Positions 10,586 through 20,167 of a stretch of DNA of 64,000 nucleotides are shown piece by piece. The notes beneath the pieces were generated by a model that made no database searches, had not been told where the DNA came from, and saw only the letters and a list, made by a program, of their open reading frames with translations. How positions within the stretch are numbered: the stretch's first letter is position 1; each line of letters opens with the position of its first letter. Source of the DNA: Sedimentisphaerales bacterium (GTDB lineage Bacteria; Planctomycetota; Phycisphaerae; Sedimentisphaerales; SM23-30); the NCBI GenBank assembly GCA_963663965.2, contig CAXXFK010000001.1:224001-288000 (forward strand), written 5' to 3'. Both the position numbers and the translations under genes were made by a program.

Positions 10586-10638
10586 TTGTGAAAAAAATCA
10601 CTCCTAAACTTGACTCGACCTGATTATCGGGCAATAAT
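10586..10638 (+). promoter_or_regulatory. Rex-like operator and sigma70-like promoter upstream of the hydrogenase operon
   Basis: TTGTGAA-AAAA-ATCACTC (10586-10603; 11/14 match to TTGTGAA-N4-TTCACAA); TTGACT-N17-AATAAT (10610-10638). Confidence 0.5.
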
Positions 10639-10949
10639 ACAAAAAGAATTTAGCATAAGACACATTGCAAAAGACGGTATTTGAAAATCAGAACAATAAC
10701 GCCCAAGGAGGTAATATGGCTGTAACACGCCTATAAATAACCTTGGCGAGATAACGTTTTTCTGCGACCGACTGAAAATTTCAAGATCACAATATCAAGA
10801 TCAAACACTGATGATCCTATCGGGCGAGGTAAAAGTACCAGGCCTGAAGGGGTTGTTGAGTGTGTCTGAATTTCTGGCCGGTTGTTGATAGAACTCAAAT
10901 ATTATGCCGCTATTTTCAAATTGATTCTCTCGATGGGGAGAGTACACTC

Positions 10950-12002
10950 ATGGAATCCGTTCAGTATTATTTGAACGGGAGAGAAGGGATAGAGTTCCTT
11001 AACCGGATCAGCCGGGGTACGGTATATGCGACTATCGAGCATAACGGTCAGATCGGATATGAAAAAATAGTTTCCCTGTTATCCATCCAACCTGAGTTGA
11101 CCGGGTTGCCGCCTATTGAATCCGTTAAGAGTTTTTATTTTCCGGCGCGGGAACGGGTCGCTGTTTATGGGAATTGTGAGTATTCAACCCCATCAGAGGC
11201 AGAGCCGGAATCAATCGGCTATCAGACGATTATTGGTGCGCGTACCTGTGATTTGAGCGCGTTGAAGGTCATGGATCGCATCTTTCTGGATCAGGAGTTC
11301 CATGATCCGTTTTATGAATCCCGACGGAAAAACACCCTGCTGGTAACGGTCGATTGCGTCCAGCCGGGCGAGTATTGTTTTTGCAATCTGGTGGGCGGCC
11401 AACCCTGGCCGCTGGATGGGTATCAGGTTCATTTATCGCCGATAGAGGGTGGTTACCTGGTCAGTTTTGGCAATGGCGTTGAAACTTTCCTGCTGGATTC
11501 GGTAAAAACGATGCTGTCCATGGCCACAGACCATCAAATTGCGCAAAAGGAATCCAACCGGGCCGGCGCGCTGGAACGACTGAAGACATGGAATCGCGGT
11601 TTTACCCCATTGACATCCATGAATGACATTGGCGCTATTGAGGACTGGGGCGAGTTATCCTGTTCGTGTGTGGAATGTGGAGCGTGCAGTTATGTCTGTC
11701 CAACCTGCCACTGCTTTCTGTTATTCGATCAGAGGGCACGCAGCGTACCTGAGATTCATATCCGCGAGAAGTCCTGGGACAGTTGCCTGCTGGCCAATTA
11801 CGCCAAAATGGCCGGCGTTGGCGGTATGAAACCCACCCCGCGACCGGAGTTACGGAACCGGTTTGAAAATCGTATTCGCCATAAATTCGAATGGATGGTC
11901 CAAAATCTCGGGTTGATCGGATGTGTGGGATGCGGCCGGTGCCGTTCAGCCTGCCTGGGGGGATCGGATATCCGGGCCGTTATTGAGGAGTTACACACAT
12001 GA
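10950..12002 (+). CDS. 4Fe-4S dicluster protein, AsrA/HydB/FlxB-like
   Basis: RTCDL, CVQPGEYCFC, CVECGACSYVCPTCHCF, CVGCGRCRSAC; ATG 10950 after GGGGAG. Confidence 0.85.
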   Translation: MESVQYYLNGREGIEFLNRISRGTVYATIEHNGQIGYEKIVSLLSIQPELTGLPPIESVKSFYFPARERVAVYGNCEYSTPSEAEPESIGYQTIIGARTCDLSALKVMDRIFLDQEFHDPFYESRRKNTLLVTVDCVQPGEYCFCNLVGGQPWPLDGYQVHLSPIEGGYLVSFGNGVETFLLDSVKTMLSMATDHQIAQKESNRAGALERLKTWNRGFTPLTSMNDIGAIEDWGELSCSCVECGACSYVCPTCHCFLLFDQRARSVPEIHIREKSWDSCLLANYAKMAGVGGMKPTPRPELRNRFENRIRHKFEWMVQNLGLIGCVGCGRCRSACLGGSDIRAVIEELHT

Positions 12003-12817
12003 TCCAGGCGAATCCCTATCAACCGATAGAAACGATACTGCTCGAGGTCATTACGGAAACCCCGACGATCAAGACGCTGGTACTGAAACCCAATGAGCCG
12101 ATCCCTTTTCGCGCCGGTCAGTTCATGCAACTGACCTGTCCGGGTATGGGGGAAGCGCCCTTTACCCCGTCATCCAATCCCCGTGACGCCGATATCCAGA
12201 CGATTACCATTTTAAAGACCGGCAAAGTCACCGATCAACTGCATGAATGCCGGGCGGGCGACACCCTGGGCTTGCGCGGCGCGTTTGGCAAGGGATATCC
12301 CATTGACAAGTTCTATGACAAAAACATTCTGCTGGTGGGCGGAGGCGTCGGGTTGGCGCCACTGCGGGCCCTGATTTACGCCTTGTTTAATGAAATCGAC
12401 CGGTTTAAACGAATCTCGATTAAATACGGCGCCCGGTCTCCGGAAGAGCTGCTGTTTAAGAATGAATTCAAACGCTGGCAGCAGATGGATCGGGTTGATT
12501 TTACCGCAACCGTGGACCGTGCCTCCAATGGGTGGCAGGGACCAGTAGGCGTTGTGACGACTCTATTGGATGACCTCGATCTGGATATCGCCAATGCGTA
12601 TGTGGTATCCTGCGGCCCGCCGATCATGCTCCGGTACGTTACGTTAAAATGCCTGGATCTGGGTTTCAAGCCCGCCCAGATTTATTTATCCATGAATCGC
12701 AAGATGAGTTGCGGCGTGGGGGTCTGCGGACGGTGCAATATCGGGCCGTATTACCTCTGCAAGGATGGCCCGGATATGTGTTACGAGAAGATTAAGGATT
12801 ATGACAATGTCTTTTGA
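11999..12817 (+). CDS. FAD/NAD(P)-binding 2Fe-2S subunit, AsrB/HydG/FlxA/PyrK-like
   Basis: GQFMQL, GLRGAFGKG, GGGVGLAP, CGPPIM, MSCGVGVCGRC..CKDGP. Confidence 0.9.
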   Translation: MIQANPYQPIETILLEVITETPTIKTLVLKPNEPIPFRAGQFMQLTCPGMGEAPFTPSSNPRDADIQTITILKTGKVTDQLHECRAGDTLGLRGAFGKGYPIDKFYDKNILLVGGGVGLAPLRALIYALFNEIDRFKRISIKYGARSPEELLFKNEFKRWQQMDRVDFTATVDRASNGWQGPVGVVTTLLDDLDLDIANAYVVSCGPPIMLRYVTLKCLDLGFKPAQIYLSMNRKMSCGVGVCGRCNIGPYYLCKDGPDMCYEKIKDYDNVF

Positions 12818-12831
12818 AACAAGGCCCGACA

Positions 12832-14565
12832 ATGGATGGTAACCTATCGAGATGTCCTTATTGTTCTTTGATGTGCCCGGTCGCCATCGAACGGCGCGCT
12901 CATGGCGTGACATTGCCGGCATACACAAACCCCGATGAATATTCCGGCGGACACCTGTGTTATCGCGGGCATTACCTGGCTCCCCTGCTCTGTCATCCCA
13001 ATCGCCTGATCGAAGCGACCCTGCAATCCGCCCCGGAACAACAAACGCAATCGGAGATCCATCACCAGGCGGCCCGGAAACTGCAAGAAGCCAGTAGAAA
13101 CAAGACTTTGGGGACACTGATATCGGGTAATCTGCCGGTGGAAGAAATCCACGCCGGCGGTCATTTTTTTCAGTCGATTTTGCCGGCCAGATCGACCAGT
13201 ATTTTTCTACCTCCTGCCGATGAAGCGATGATGCGTCAATTACGCGGTGGCCGGTATAAACCCGGTTTGCCGACCGCACTGGAAAAAGCCGATATCATTC
13301 TGGCCGTTGGCGATGTGCTGGGAACCCATCCGGTACTGGCCGGGCGGTTGATGGATCGGCTGGAAAGCAAGAAGCCCCCGATACTGATTAACCTGGACAG
13401 TATGAAGGGACGCACGATGCGCTTCGCGCGGATTGGACTGACTACCCAAACCGGTATGGAATGCTGGGGCATCGAAGCCCTGTTAACCTTGGTTAACCAT
13501 TCTAAAAAACCTGAGACGAAGGCCTGTTATCATGACGCACTGGCGGTCTGCGAACTGGAGGACGCGGCGGTTAAGGAGGCGGCAGAGGCCATCCGTCCGG
13601 AAAAAGGCAAGACGGTAGTCCTGCTGTTAACGATCCCACAAGGGCATTGCCGCCGTCCAAATGAACTGGCAACGTTAACCGGGCTGCTGGCGCGTACGAT
13701 CAAAGCCACACTGGTTCCATTATTGACCTATGCCAACGCGCCTGGCGCGTTCGCGGTCAGTCATACCCTGGGAACGACCCCACCGGCCCACTGGTTGAAA
13801 CAGGCCATGGATGGATCCTTCACGACCTTGTTTATTGCAGATGTCGATCTGTTCGGGATGTTGCCAAAAAACACCATCCAGACTATTCGCGCGAAAGTCG
13901 AAACCCTCATTACGGCCGCAGCGATGCCCGGACCCACCACTGAACTTTCGGATATTGTGCTGCCTCTGGCATTCGGCTTTGAAATGACCGGGCATTATAT
14001 GAATTGTCAGGGGACATTGATCAAACGTCAACCGCTGGGCATGCCGCCGGGACATGCCGTGGCATTAAGCGCGATGCTGCATCAGATCGACAAGCTATTG
14101 CTCCTGCCAGAAGTCACACGAATGCTCCCTGACGAATTTGCCTTGGAACTGGCTTCGGTTTCGGCGGCAGACCGGACCAAGCCGGAATTGTTGATACCGG
14201 AACCGGCTAATTCCTATACTTTGACGGCGCGTACTGAAACACTGGACCTTTATGAAGGAGCCGTATCCCGTCAGATGGACTGGCCGCTGGGTATCGAACC
14301 GATTCCAGTTGTGCTAATTCATCCGGAAAAGGCGCGGGCATTAAAACTGGCCGGCAATGACCGGATCCTGCTGACTCGAGGCACGCATGAGCAGGAATTT
14401 CTGGTAAGGATCAGCGACGCGGTCTGGCCGGACACGCTGGCTCTATCCGCGACTATACCGGAGACGCGTCATTACTTCCAATGGGAATTGAATGATGATG
14501 GTATCGAAATCACCCCTGTGCCGGTCGAAATCCGGCCGGCGGTTTGCGAGGTGGCCTGTGGCTGA
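12832..14565 (+). CDS. Molybdopterin-oxidoreductase-fold FeS subunit (FdhA/NuoG/FwdB-like), probably lacking a Mo/W ligand
   Basis: N-terminal CPYCSLMC...LCYRG 4Fe-4S motif, SDIVLP..FE..G motif, C-terminal Molydop_binding-like IHPEKA domain; no recognisable Cys/Sec-His active-site motif. Confidence 0.65.
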   Translation: MDGNLSRCPYCSLMCPVAIERRAHGVTLPAYTNPDEYSGGHLCYRGHYLAPLLCHPNRLIEATLQSAPEQQTQSEIHHQAARKLQEASRNKTLGTLISGNLPVEEIHAGGHFFQSILPARSTSIFLPPADEAMMRQLRGGRYKPGLPTALEKADIILAVGDVLGTHPVLAGRLMDRLESKKPPILINLDSMKGRTMRFARIGLTTQTGMECWGIEALLTLVNHSKKPETKACYHDALAVCELEDAAVKEAAEAIRPEKGKTVVLLLTIPQGHCRRPNELATLTGLLARTIKATLVPLLTYANAPGAFAVSHTLGTTPPAHWLKQAMDGSFTTLFIADVDLFGMLPKNTIQTIRAKVETLITAAAMPGPTTELSDIVLPLAFGFEMTGHYMNCQGTLIKRQPLGMPPGHAVALSAMLHQIDKLLLLPEVTRMLPDEFALELASVSAADRTKPELLIPEPANSYTLTARTETLDLYEGAVSRQMDWPLGIEPIPVVLIHPEKARALKLAGNDRILLTRGTHEQEFLVRISDAVWPDTLALSATIPETRHYFQWELNDDGIEITPVPVEIRPAVCEVACG

Positions 14566-15082
14566 ATTATCGACAGTATCAACGGAACCCAAACCTGATC
14601 CAGCTGAACAGGAACGCGTGGTATTGAATCTGGACCGATGTATCGGATGCCGGAGTTGTTCGGCAGCCTGTTTTTACGGGCATCTGGGCATGCCGAATAT
14701 CACCTTTGGGGCACTGGTCGAGGGCACTTTGCCGGTTATCTGCCGTCAGTGTGACGACCCGGCCTGTGAAGAGGCCTGCCCCGTGAACGCATTAAGACGA
14801 GATGACCAAGGCATAACCGCACGCAGCCGGATGCTGTGTATTGGATGTAAAAACTGCGTATTTGCCTGTCCATTTGGTGTTTTGAGCCCCAGCCTGACAT
14901 TAAGGCAAGTAGCCAAATGTGATTATTGTCAAGATTTAGTAGACCAGGAAGAACCGCCCCGCTGTGTTCAGGCCTGTCCGGCGGGAGCATTGAGCTATGT
15001 CAGATATCATGCCGACGAGAAAAAAGCGCCCATACTATTAAGCGGGCGAACGATCGGCAAACACCCTTACAAGAGACGATGA
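14558..15082 (+). CDS. 4x[4Fe-4S] ferredoxin-type subunit (HycB/CooF/HydN-like)
   Basis: CIGCRSCSAAC, CRQCDDPACEEACP, CIGCKNCVFACP, CDYC..CVQACP; GTG 14558 after GAGGT. Confidence 0.88.
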   Translation: MAELSTVSTEPKPDPAEQERVVLNLDRCIGCRSCSAACFYGHLGMPNITFGALVEGTLPVICRQCDDPACEEACPVNALRRDDQGITARSRMLCIGCKNCVFACPFGVLSPSLTLRQVAKCDYCQDLVDQEEPPRCVQACPAGALSYVRYHADEKKAPILLSGRTIGKHPYKRR

Positions 15083-15095
15083 AAGGAACCCGGCC

Positions 15096-16013
15096 ATGAA
15101 TCTGATGGCAATTCCGGCACTGGCCGGCGCGACGATGGGAACGATTGCGATCGGATTTCTATCCAAATGGATCGATCGCAAAGTGACCGCCCGCATTCAG
15201 TGGCGCGTGGGACCGCCCTGGTATCAGCCGCTGGCCGATGTGATTAAACTGATGGGCAAAGAAACTCTCTTGCCCGAGAGCGCGCGTGGCACCGGATTTC
15301 TGATGATGCCGCTGGTTGGGTTTGCGGCGGCTGCGGTAGCCGCAACGATTTTATGGTGGGCTACTTTTAATCCCGGTTCCGGATTTGTGGGCGATACGAT
15401 TGTCGTACTTTATTTACTGACGATTCCGGCCCTGATGACCATTCTGGGCGGGTCGGCCTCGGGTAATCCCCTGGCGGCAGTCGGGGCCGCGCGCGAGATG
15501 AAACTGGCGCTGGCCTATGAATTGCCATTATTGATTTCGGTCCTGGCGGCGGTCATGGCACGGTCCGGAGATTTTCGCCTGGGCGGCCTGATCGAAACGT
15601 CGCCGCAAGGTGTTTTCAGCAGCCTGGCCTGTGTGCTGGGATTCTTAGTGGCGATTTTGTGTATCCAGGCCAAACTGGGATTGGTGCCCTTCGACATTGC
15701 TGAAGCCGATTGTGAAATTGCCACCGGTCCTTTCATTGAGTATTCCGGGGTGGCGCTGGCGATGATTCTGCTGACCCGAACCATTCTGTTCGCCCTGCTG
15801 CCCATCTTCCTGATTACTATTTTCTGGGGTGGTTTGAATTTCTATTCGATAACGGGTGTGCTGGCAACCATCGGCAAATATGTTCTGATTATTGTCTTAA
15901 TGGTATTGATCCGAAATACCAACCCGCGGGTACGTATCGATCAAGCCATGAAATTTTTCTGGTTTGGCATGACGCCGATCGCGCTGATCGCGCTGATGCT
16001 GGCTTTAATATAA
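15096..16013 (+). CDS. Membrane subunit NuoH/HycD/MbhM-like
   Basis: RKVTARIQWRVGPPWYQPLADVIKL, PFDIAEA, EYSG, NPRVRIDQ. Confidence 0.92.
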   Translation: MNLMAIPALAGATMGTIAIGFLSKWIDRKVTARIQWRVGPPWYQPLADVIKLMGKETLLPESARGTGFLMMPLVGFAAAAVAATILWWATFNPGSGFVGDTIVVLYLLTIPALMTILGGSASGNPLAAVGAAREMKLALAYELPLLISVLAAVMARSGDFRLGGLIETSPQGVFSSLACVLGFLVAILCIQAKLGLVPFDIAEADCEIATGPFIEYSGVALAMILLTRTILFALLPIFLITIFWGGLNFYSITGVLATIGKYVLIIVLMVLIRNTNPRVRIDQAMKFFWFGMTPIALIALMLALI

Positions 16014-16027
16014 GGGAGAATTCGAAC

Positions 16028-16477
16028 ATGAATCTGAAAACCTGGGCCCTGAAAAAATCGATCTGGCTCTATCATGCCAATGTGGGCGCCTGTAACAACT
16101 GCGATATCGAAGTGGTCGACTGCCTGACGCCGCGATACGATATCGAGCGATTCGGGATGATGCTGGTAGGCAGTCCCCGTCATGCCGACGCTCTGGTTGT
16201 TACCGGTATCTGCACCATGCAGGCCCGGCCACGGTTGCAGGAACTGTACCAGCAGATGCCCAGACCCTGCCTGGTTTTGTGTATCGGGTCTTGTGCCTGT
16301 TCGGGTGGAATTTTTCGGTCCTGTTATCACTTTGCCGGCCCGGTTGACGAGGCGATCCGCGAGGTGGATCCCGCGGCGATTATCGCTTATGTGCCGGGTT
16401 GTCCACCCAAACCCGAGGCGATTATTGCCGGCGCGGTCAAGGCGCTGGGCGCTATTCCGGATGAAGCGATCGCGTAA
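16028..16477 (+). CDS. Group 4 [NiFe]-hydrogenase small subunit (HycG/NuoB/MbhJ-like)
   Basis: ACNNCDIE, SPRHAD, GSCACSGG, PGCPP. Confidence 0.93.
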   Translation: MNLKTWALKKSIWLYHANVGACNNCDIEVVDCLTPRYDIERFGMMLVGSPRHADALVVTGICTMQARPRLQELYQQMPRPCLVLCIGSCACSGGIFRSCYHFAGPVDEAIREVDPAAIIAYVPGCPPKPEAIIAGAVKALGAIPDEAIA

Positions 16478-16489
16478 AGGAAGTCTGTT

Positions 16490-16993
16490 ATGAATAATAA
16501 TGAGTTATTGAAAATGATTGAACAGAAACTGGGAGAAATATCCGAATCGATAACCGTCCGCAAAAGCCGGCGCATCTATATCGATGTGCCGCCGGAGTTC
16601 AGTCTGCAAGCGAACCGGATTTTATTTGCAGAGTTACAGGCCAGACTGGCCACCGCCACCGGCATGGATACTCCTGACCGCATCGAGGTATTGTACCATT
16701 ACTGCTTTGATTCTTCAGGCGTTGTTGTGTCAATTCGTACCTGGGCGCTCAAACCGGAGTGTGTGCTGGATTCTGTCGCGACGCTATTCCCGGGAGCCAA
16801 CTTTATCGAACGGGAAATCCAGGACCTGCTGGGGGTACGTTTTGAAAATCATCCCGATCCGCGCCGGCTCCTGCTGGCGGATAACTGGCCTGAAGGCAAA
16901 TATCCGCTCCGCCGCGATCAGGCCCTGCGGCGCGAACGGACCGAAACTCCTGAATTAAAACGACAGGCTTGTACAAAGGCGACCACACCATGA
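16490..16993 (+). CDS. NuoC/MbhK-like 30 kDa-family subunit
   Basis: EREIQDLLGVRFENHPDPRRLLLADNWPEGKYPLR. Confidence 0.9.
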   Translation: MNNNELLKMIEQKLGEISESITVRKSRRIYIDVPPEFSLQANRILFAELQARLATATGMDTPDRIEVLYHYCFDSSGVVVSIRTWALKPECVLDSVATLFPGANFIEREIQDLLGVRFENHPDPRRLLLADNWPEGKYPLRRDQALRRERTETPELKRQACTKATTP

Positions 16994-18174
16994 AAAAAAC
17001 CATCATACCGATCGGGCCCTTTCATCCGATTCAGGAAGAACCGGAATTTTTCCAGCTGACGGTGGAAGGCGAGACGGTGGTCGATGTTGACGTACGGCTT
17101 TCCTACAACCACCGGGGGATCGAGCGGCTCTGTCAGGATCTGACCTACGATCAGATTCCTTTTTTACTGGCCCGGATCTGCGGTATCTGTTCGGCGAGCC
17201 ATCCAATGGCGTTTTGTCAGGCGTGCGAAGATCTCTGCGGCGTGGAAGTTCCCATACGCGGACGGCATTTGCGCACCATCATCTGCGAAATGGAACGGAT
17301 CCACAGTCACCTGCTCTGGGCGGGATTGGCGGGTCACTTTATTGGATACAATACCGTGTTCATGTGGGCCTGGAAATATCGTGAACCGGTGCTCGAATTG
17401 TTTGAACGGCTGCTGGGCAACCGCAACCATTACGAAAACTTTTGTGTGGGCGGCTGCCGGCGCGATATCCCGCAGGAACATATGCCGGATATTCTCAAGA
17501 TGGCGGATGAACTGGAAGGACCGGTGGAAATGCTGACCCAGGCCGTACTGGATGATCCCGTATTAAAAGCGCGGTTGGGCGGCATCGGCGTCTTGACCTA
17601 TGAACAAGCCCGGCAATGGTGCACCACCGGCCCAACCGCGCGCGGGTCCGGGTACGATATCGATGTCCGGCGGGATGAGCCATACGCTTCTTATGATCTG
17701 CTGGACTGGCAGGTTTATACCCAGCCGGCCGGTGATGTCTTTGCCAAGGCCGTTGTTCGACTCCTGGAGGTTCTGGAGGCGATCCGGATTATCCGTCAGA
17801 CTGTTGCTCAGATCGAGCCGGGCGACATCCGCGCTGAAGTGCTGGAGATGCCGGAAGGTGAAGGCATCGGTCATGCCGAAGCGCCGCGTGGTGAGACCTT
17901 TCACTACGTCTGCTCGGATGGTTCCAATTATCCTCAACGCTATAAAGTACGCGCGCCCACTTATGTCAACCTGCCCAGTTTTAAGGCCTGTGTGGTGGGC
18001 CAGGAACTGGCAGACGCCATGTTGAGTGTGGCGGCGATGGATCCCTGTTACAGTTGTACCGAACGGGTGGCAGTGGTAAGGCCGCGACAAGGTCATCGTA
18101 AAGAGCGGTTCGACCAGAAAGCGTTAATAAAAATGAGCTGGGATAAAACCCGGCGTATCATGCAAAATGTATAA
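16990..18174 (+). CDS. Group 4 [NiFe]-hydrogenase large subunit
   Basis: GPFHP, L1 RICGICSASH, EAPRGE, L2 DPCYSCTER followed by a probable cleavable C-terminal tail. Confidence 0.95.
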   Translation: MKKTIIPIGPFHPIQEEPEFFQLTVEGETVVDVDVRLSYNHRGIERLCQDLTYDQIPFLLARICGICSASHPMAFCQACEDLCGVEVPIRGRHLRTIICEMERIHSHLLWAGLAGHFIGYNTVFMWAWKYREPVLELFERLLGNRNHYENFCVGGCRRDIPQEHMPDILKMADELEGPVEMLTQAVLDDPVLKARLGGIGVLTYEQARQWCTTGPTARGSGYDIDVRRDEPYASYDLLDWQVYTQPAGDVFAKAVVRLLEVLEAIRIIRQTVAQIEPGDIRAEVLEMPEGEGIGHAEAPRGETFHYVCSDGSNYPQRYKVRAPTYVNLPSFKACVVGQELADAMLSVAAMDPCYSCTERVAVVRPRQGHRKERFDQKALIKMSWDKTRRIMQNV

Positions 18175-18193
18175 CAGGTTACTGGATAACCAC

Positions 18194-18257
18194 TGACTTG
18201 AATTGTCAGACATCAAGTCAAGGCCTGGCATTTTCTGATCGCCAATCCGATCAGAAA
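18194..18257 (+). other. Two intergenic stem-loops between the catalytic and antiporter modules
   Basis: TGACTTGA-N11-TCAAGTCA (18194-18220); TTTCTGATCG-N6-CGATCAGAAA (18232-18257) overlapping the AAAGGA SD. Confidence 0.7.
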
Positions 18258-18268
18258 GGATATCGGCA

Positions 18269-20149
18269 ATGAATGAAACGACATTGATCTGGATGTTAAT
18301 AATCCCCAGCATCGCCGGCCTGCTGGCGTATCTCTGGCCGCGCCAGGGACAGCCGGTCGTACGACTGCTGGCGCTGGTGGCGACGGCAATGCTGGTTTTC
18401 CTGGCGATTATCCCGATTTATCATTCGGACTGGCAATGGCAATGGACCTGGCTGCGAACGGGTCAACTCGCTATCGGTATCGACCTGACGGCCAGACCTT
18501 TCGCAAGTGTGATAAGTTTGATGATCGCCCTATTCGGTTTTCTGATTACCCTTTACGACGTCGCTTATCTCCGGGGAGCAATCGGTCGTCATTATGCCTA
18601 TATGCTCTGGACCCTGGCCGGTGCTATTGGTGCGGCGCTGGCGAATGACCTTATTTTTCTACTATTCTGCTGGGAAATTACTACCCTGATGCTTTTCCTG
18701 CTGATCAATCAATCCGGGCCTCAGGCGCGTACCGGGGCGGCCAAAACCCTGGCCATGCTGGGTTTCAGCGATTGCGCGCTACTGCTGGGTATTGGTTTGA
18801 TCATCACACGGCCGGATATGAGCTCGCCGGCGATCGATCAAATCCACCTGAGTACCAATACGCCGCTGATGGCCATCTGTTACCTGCTCTTTATGATCGC
18901 GGGGCTGGCCAAGGCCGGCGCGATGCCGTTTCATACCTGGATTCCTACTGCCGCGGAGGCGACGACCTGCGATGTGATGGCGCTTCTGCCCGCAGCGCTG
19001 GATAAACTGCTGGGGATCTACCTGCTGGCACGGGCCTCACTCGAACTGTTTGTTCTGACTGACGGATTGAAGATGCTGCTCATGATTATCGGTGCGGTAA
19101 CAATTATTGGCGCGGTAATGATGGCAATGGTCCAGCATGACTTAAAGAAACTGCTTTCGTTTCATGCGGTCAGTCAGGTCGGTTATATGGTGCTGGGAAT
19201 CGGAACCGGCAGTGTTCTGGGTATCGCCGGTGGGTTGTTTCATATGTTCAACAACGCGATCTATAAAAGTTGCCTGTTTCTGACGGCCGGCGCAGTGGAA
19301 AAGCAGGCGGGCACGACCCACCTCGACCGGTTGGGCGGGCTGGCCCGAACCATGCCATTGACTTTTACGGCCTGTCTGCTGGCCGCATTGGCTATTTCCG
19401 GGGTGCCGCCCATGAATGGATTCAGCTCCAAATGGATGATCTACCAGGCCGTACTGGATGTGCCTTCACGCTGGGCGCCGATCCTGACGGCGGCGGCCAT
19501 CTTTGGCAGCGCCCTGACCCTGGCGAGTTTTGTCAAGGTACTGCACAGTGTCTTTTTGAGCGTGCCCGCACCGGACCAGGCCCCGGCAGTCGAGGGCGAA
19601 GTATCGGGTTGGATGACGGTACCAATGCTGGCGCTGGGCGTAACCTGTATTGTATTTGGAATCTGGGTGGCGCTGCCGCTGGGCGCGTTGATCATCCCGT
19701 CGATGACATCGATGGGGCAGGCCGGTACTGACACCATTCTACAGGCCAACCAGATCGATGCGGCGGCCCGGTTGTGGAATCCGGGACTGGCGACTTTGCT
19801 GCTGCTGGGGGGGCTGCTTATGGGGCTGATTATCTATTTCCTGGGCAAAGGTTTCAAAGTACGCCGGACCCGCACTTATATTGGCGGCGAAAAGATCACT
19901 CCTGAGCTGGTTCATTACAATGGTACCGGCTTCTATACCACCCTGCGAAACCTGCCCGGTATTCACGCCCTTTATCGCGACGCAGAGCGCCAGGTCTTTG
20001 ATATCTATCACCTGACCGGACGACTGGGCCATACCCTGGTCGAAGGCCTGCGCCGAACCCAGACGGGTATTCTATCGCTGTATATCAGTTGGGTCATTTT
20101 AGGGCTGGTGGTGATATTAATCTGTTTTATCAAGCTCCACAGCGGATAA
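18269..20149 (+). CDS. Antiporter-like membrane subunit (MrpA/NuoL/HyfB-like)
   Basis: CWE, KAGAMPFHTWIP, DLKKLLSFHAVSQVGY, GVPPMNGFSSKW; C-terminal QTG..YI lateral-helix-like end. Confidence 0.9.
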   Translation: MNETTLIWMLIIPSIAGLLAYLWPRQGQPVVRLLALVATAMLVFLAIIPIYHSDWQWQWTWLRTGQLAIGIDLTARPFASVISLMIALFGFLITLYDVAYLRGAIGRHYAYMLWTLAGAIGAALANDLIFLLFCWEITTLMLFLLINQSGPQARTGAAKTLAMLGFSDCALLLGIGLIITRPDMSSPAIDQIHLSTNTPLMAICYLLFMIAGLAKAGAMPFHTWIPTAAEATTCDVMALLPAALDKLLGIYLLARASLELFVLTDGLKMLLMIIGAVTIIGAVMMAMVQHDLKKLLSFHAVSQVGYMVLGIGTGSVLGIAGGLFHMFNNAIYKSCLFLTAGAVEKQAGTTHLDRLGGLARTMPLTFTACLLAALAISGVPPMNGFSSKWMIYQAVLDVPSRWAPILTAAAIFGSALTLASFVKVLHSVFLSVPAPDQAPAVEGEVSGWMTVPMLALGVTCIVFGIWVALPLGALIIPSMTSMGQAGTDTILQANQIDAAARLWNPGLATLLLLGGLLMGLIIYFLGKGFKVRRTRTYIGGEKITPELVHYNGTGFYTTLRNLPGIHALYRDAERQVFDIYHLTGRLGHTLVEGLRRTQTGILSLYISWVILGLVVILICFIKLHSG

Positions 20150-20167
20150 CTTCCCAGGGAGAATATT

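Noticed and set aside
10950..12817. Anaerobic sulfite reductase or Hdr-Flx
   Set aside because: No asrC siroheme subunit and no hdrABC genes in the window.
12832..14565. Calling the operon a formate hydrogenlyase or a selenoprotein FDH
   Set aside because: No Cys/Sec-His active-site motif, no in-frame TGA, and no fdhD or formate transporter nearby.
15096..18174. Complex I or Mbx/MBS (Ni-less) assignment
   Set aside because: Both CxxC Ni-binding motifs, a C-terminal tail and a maturation protease are present.
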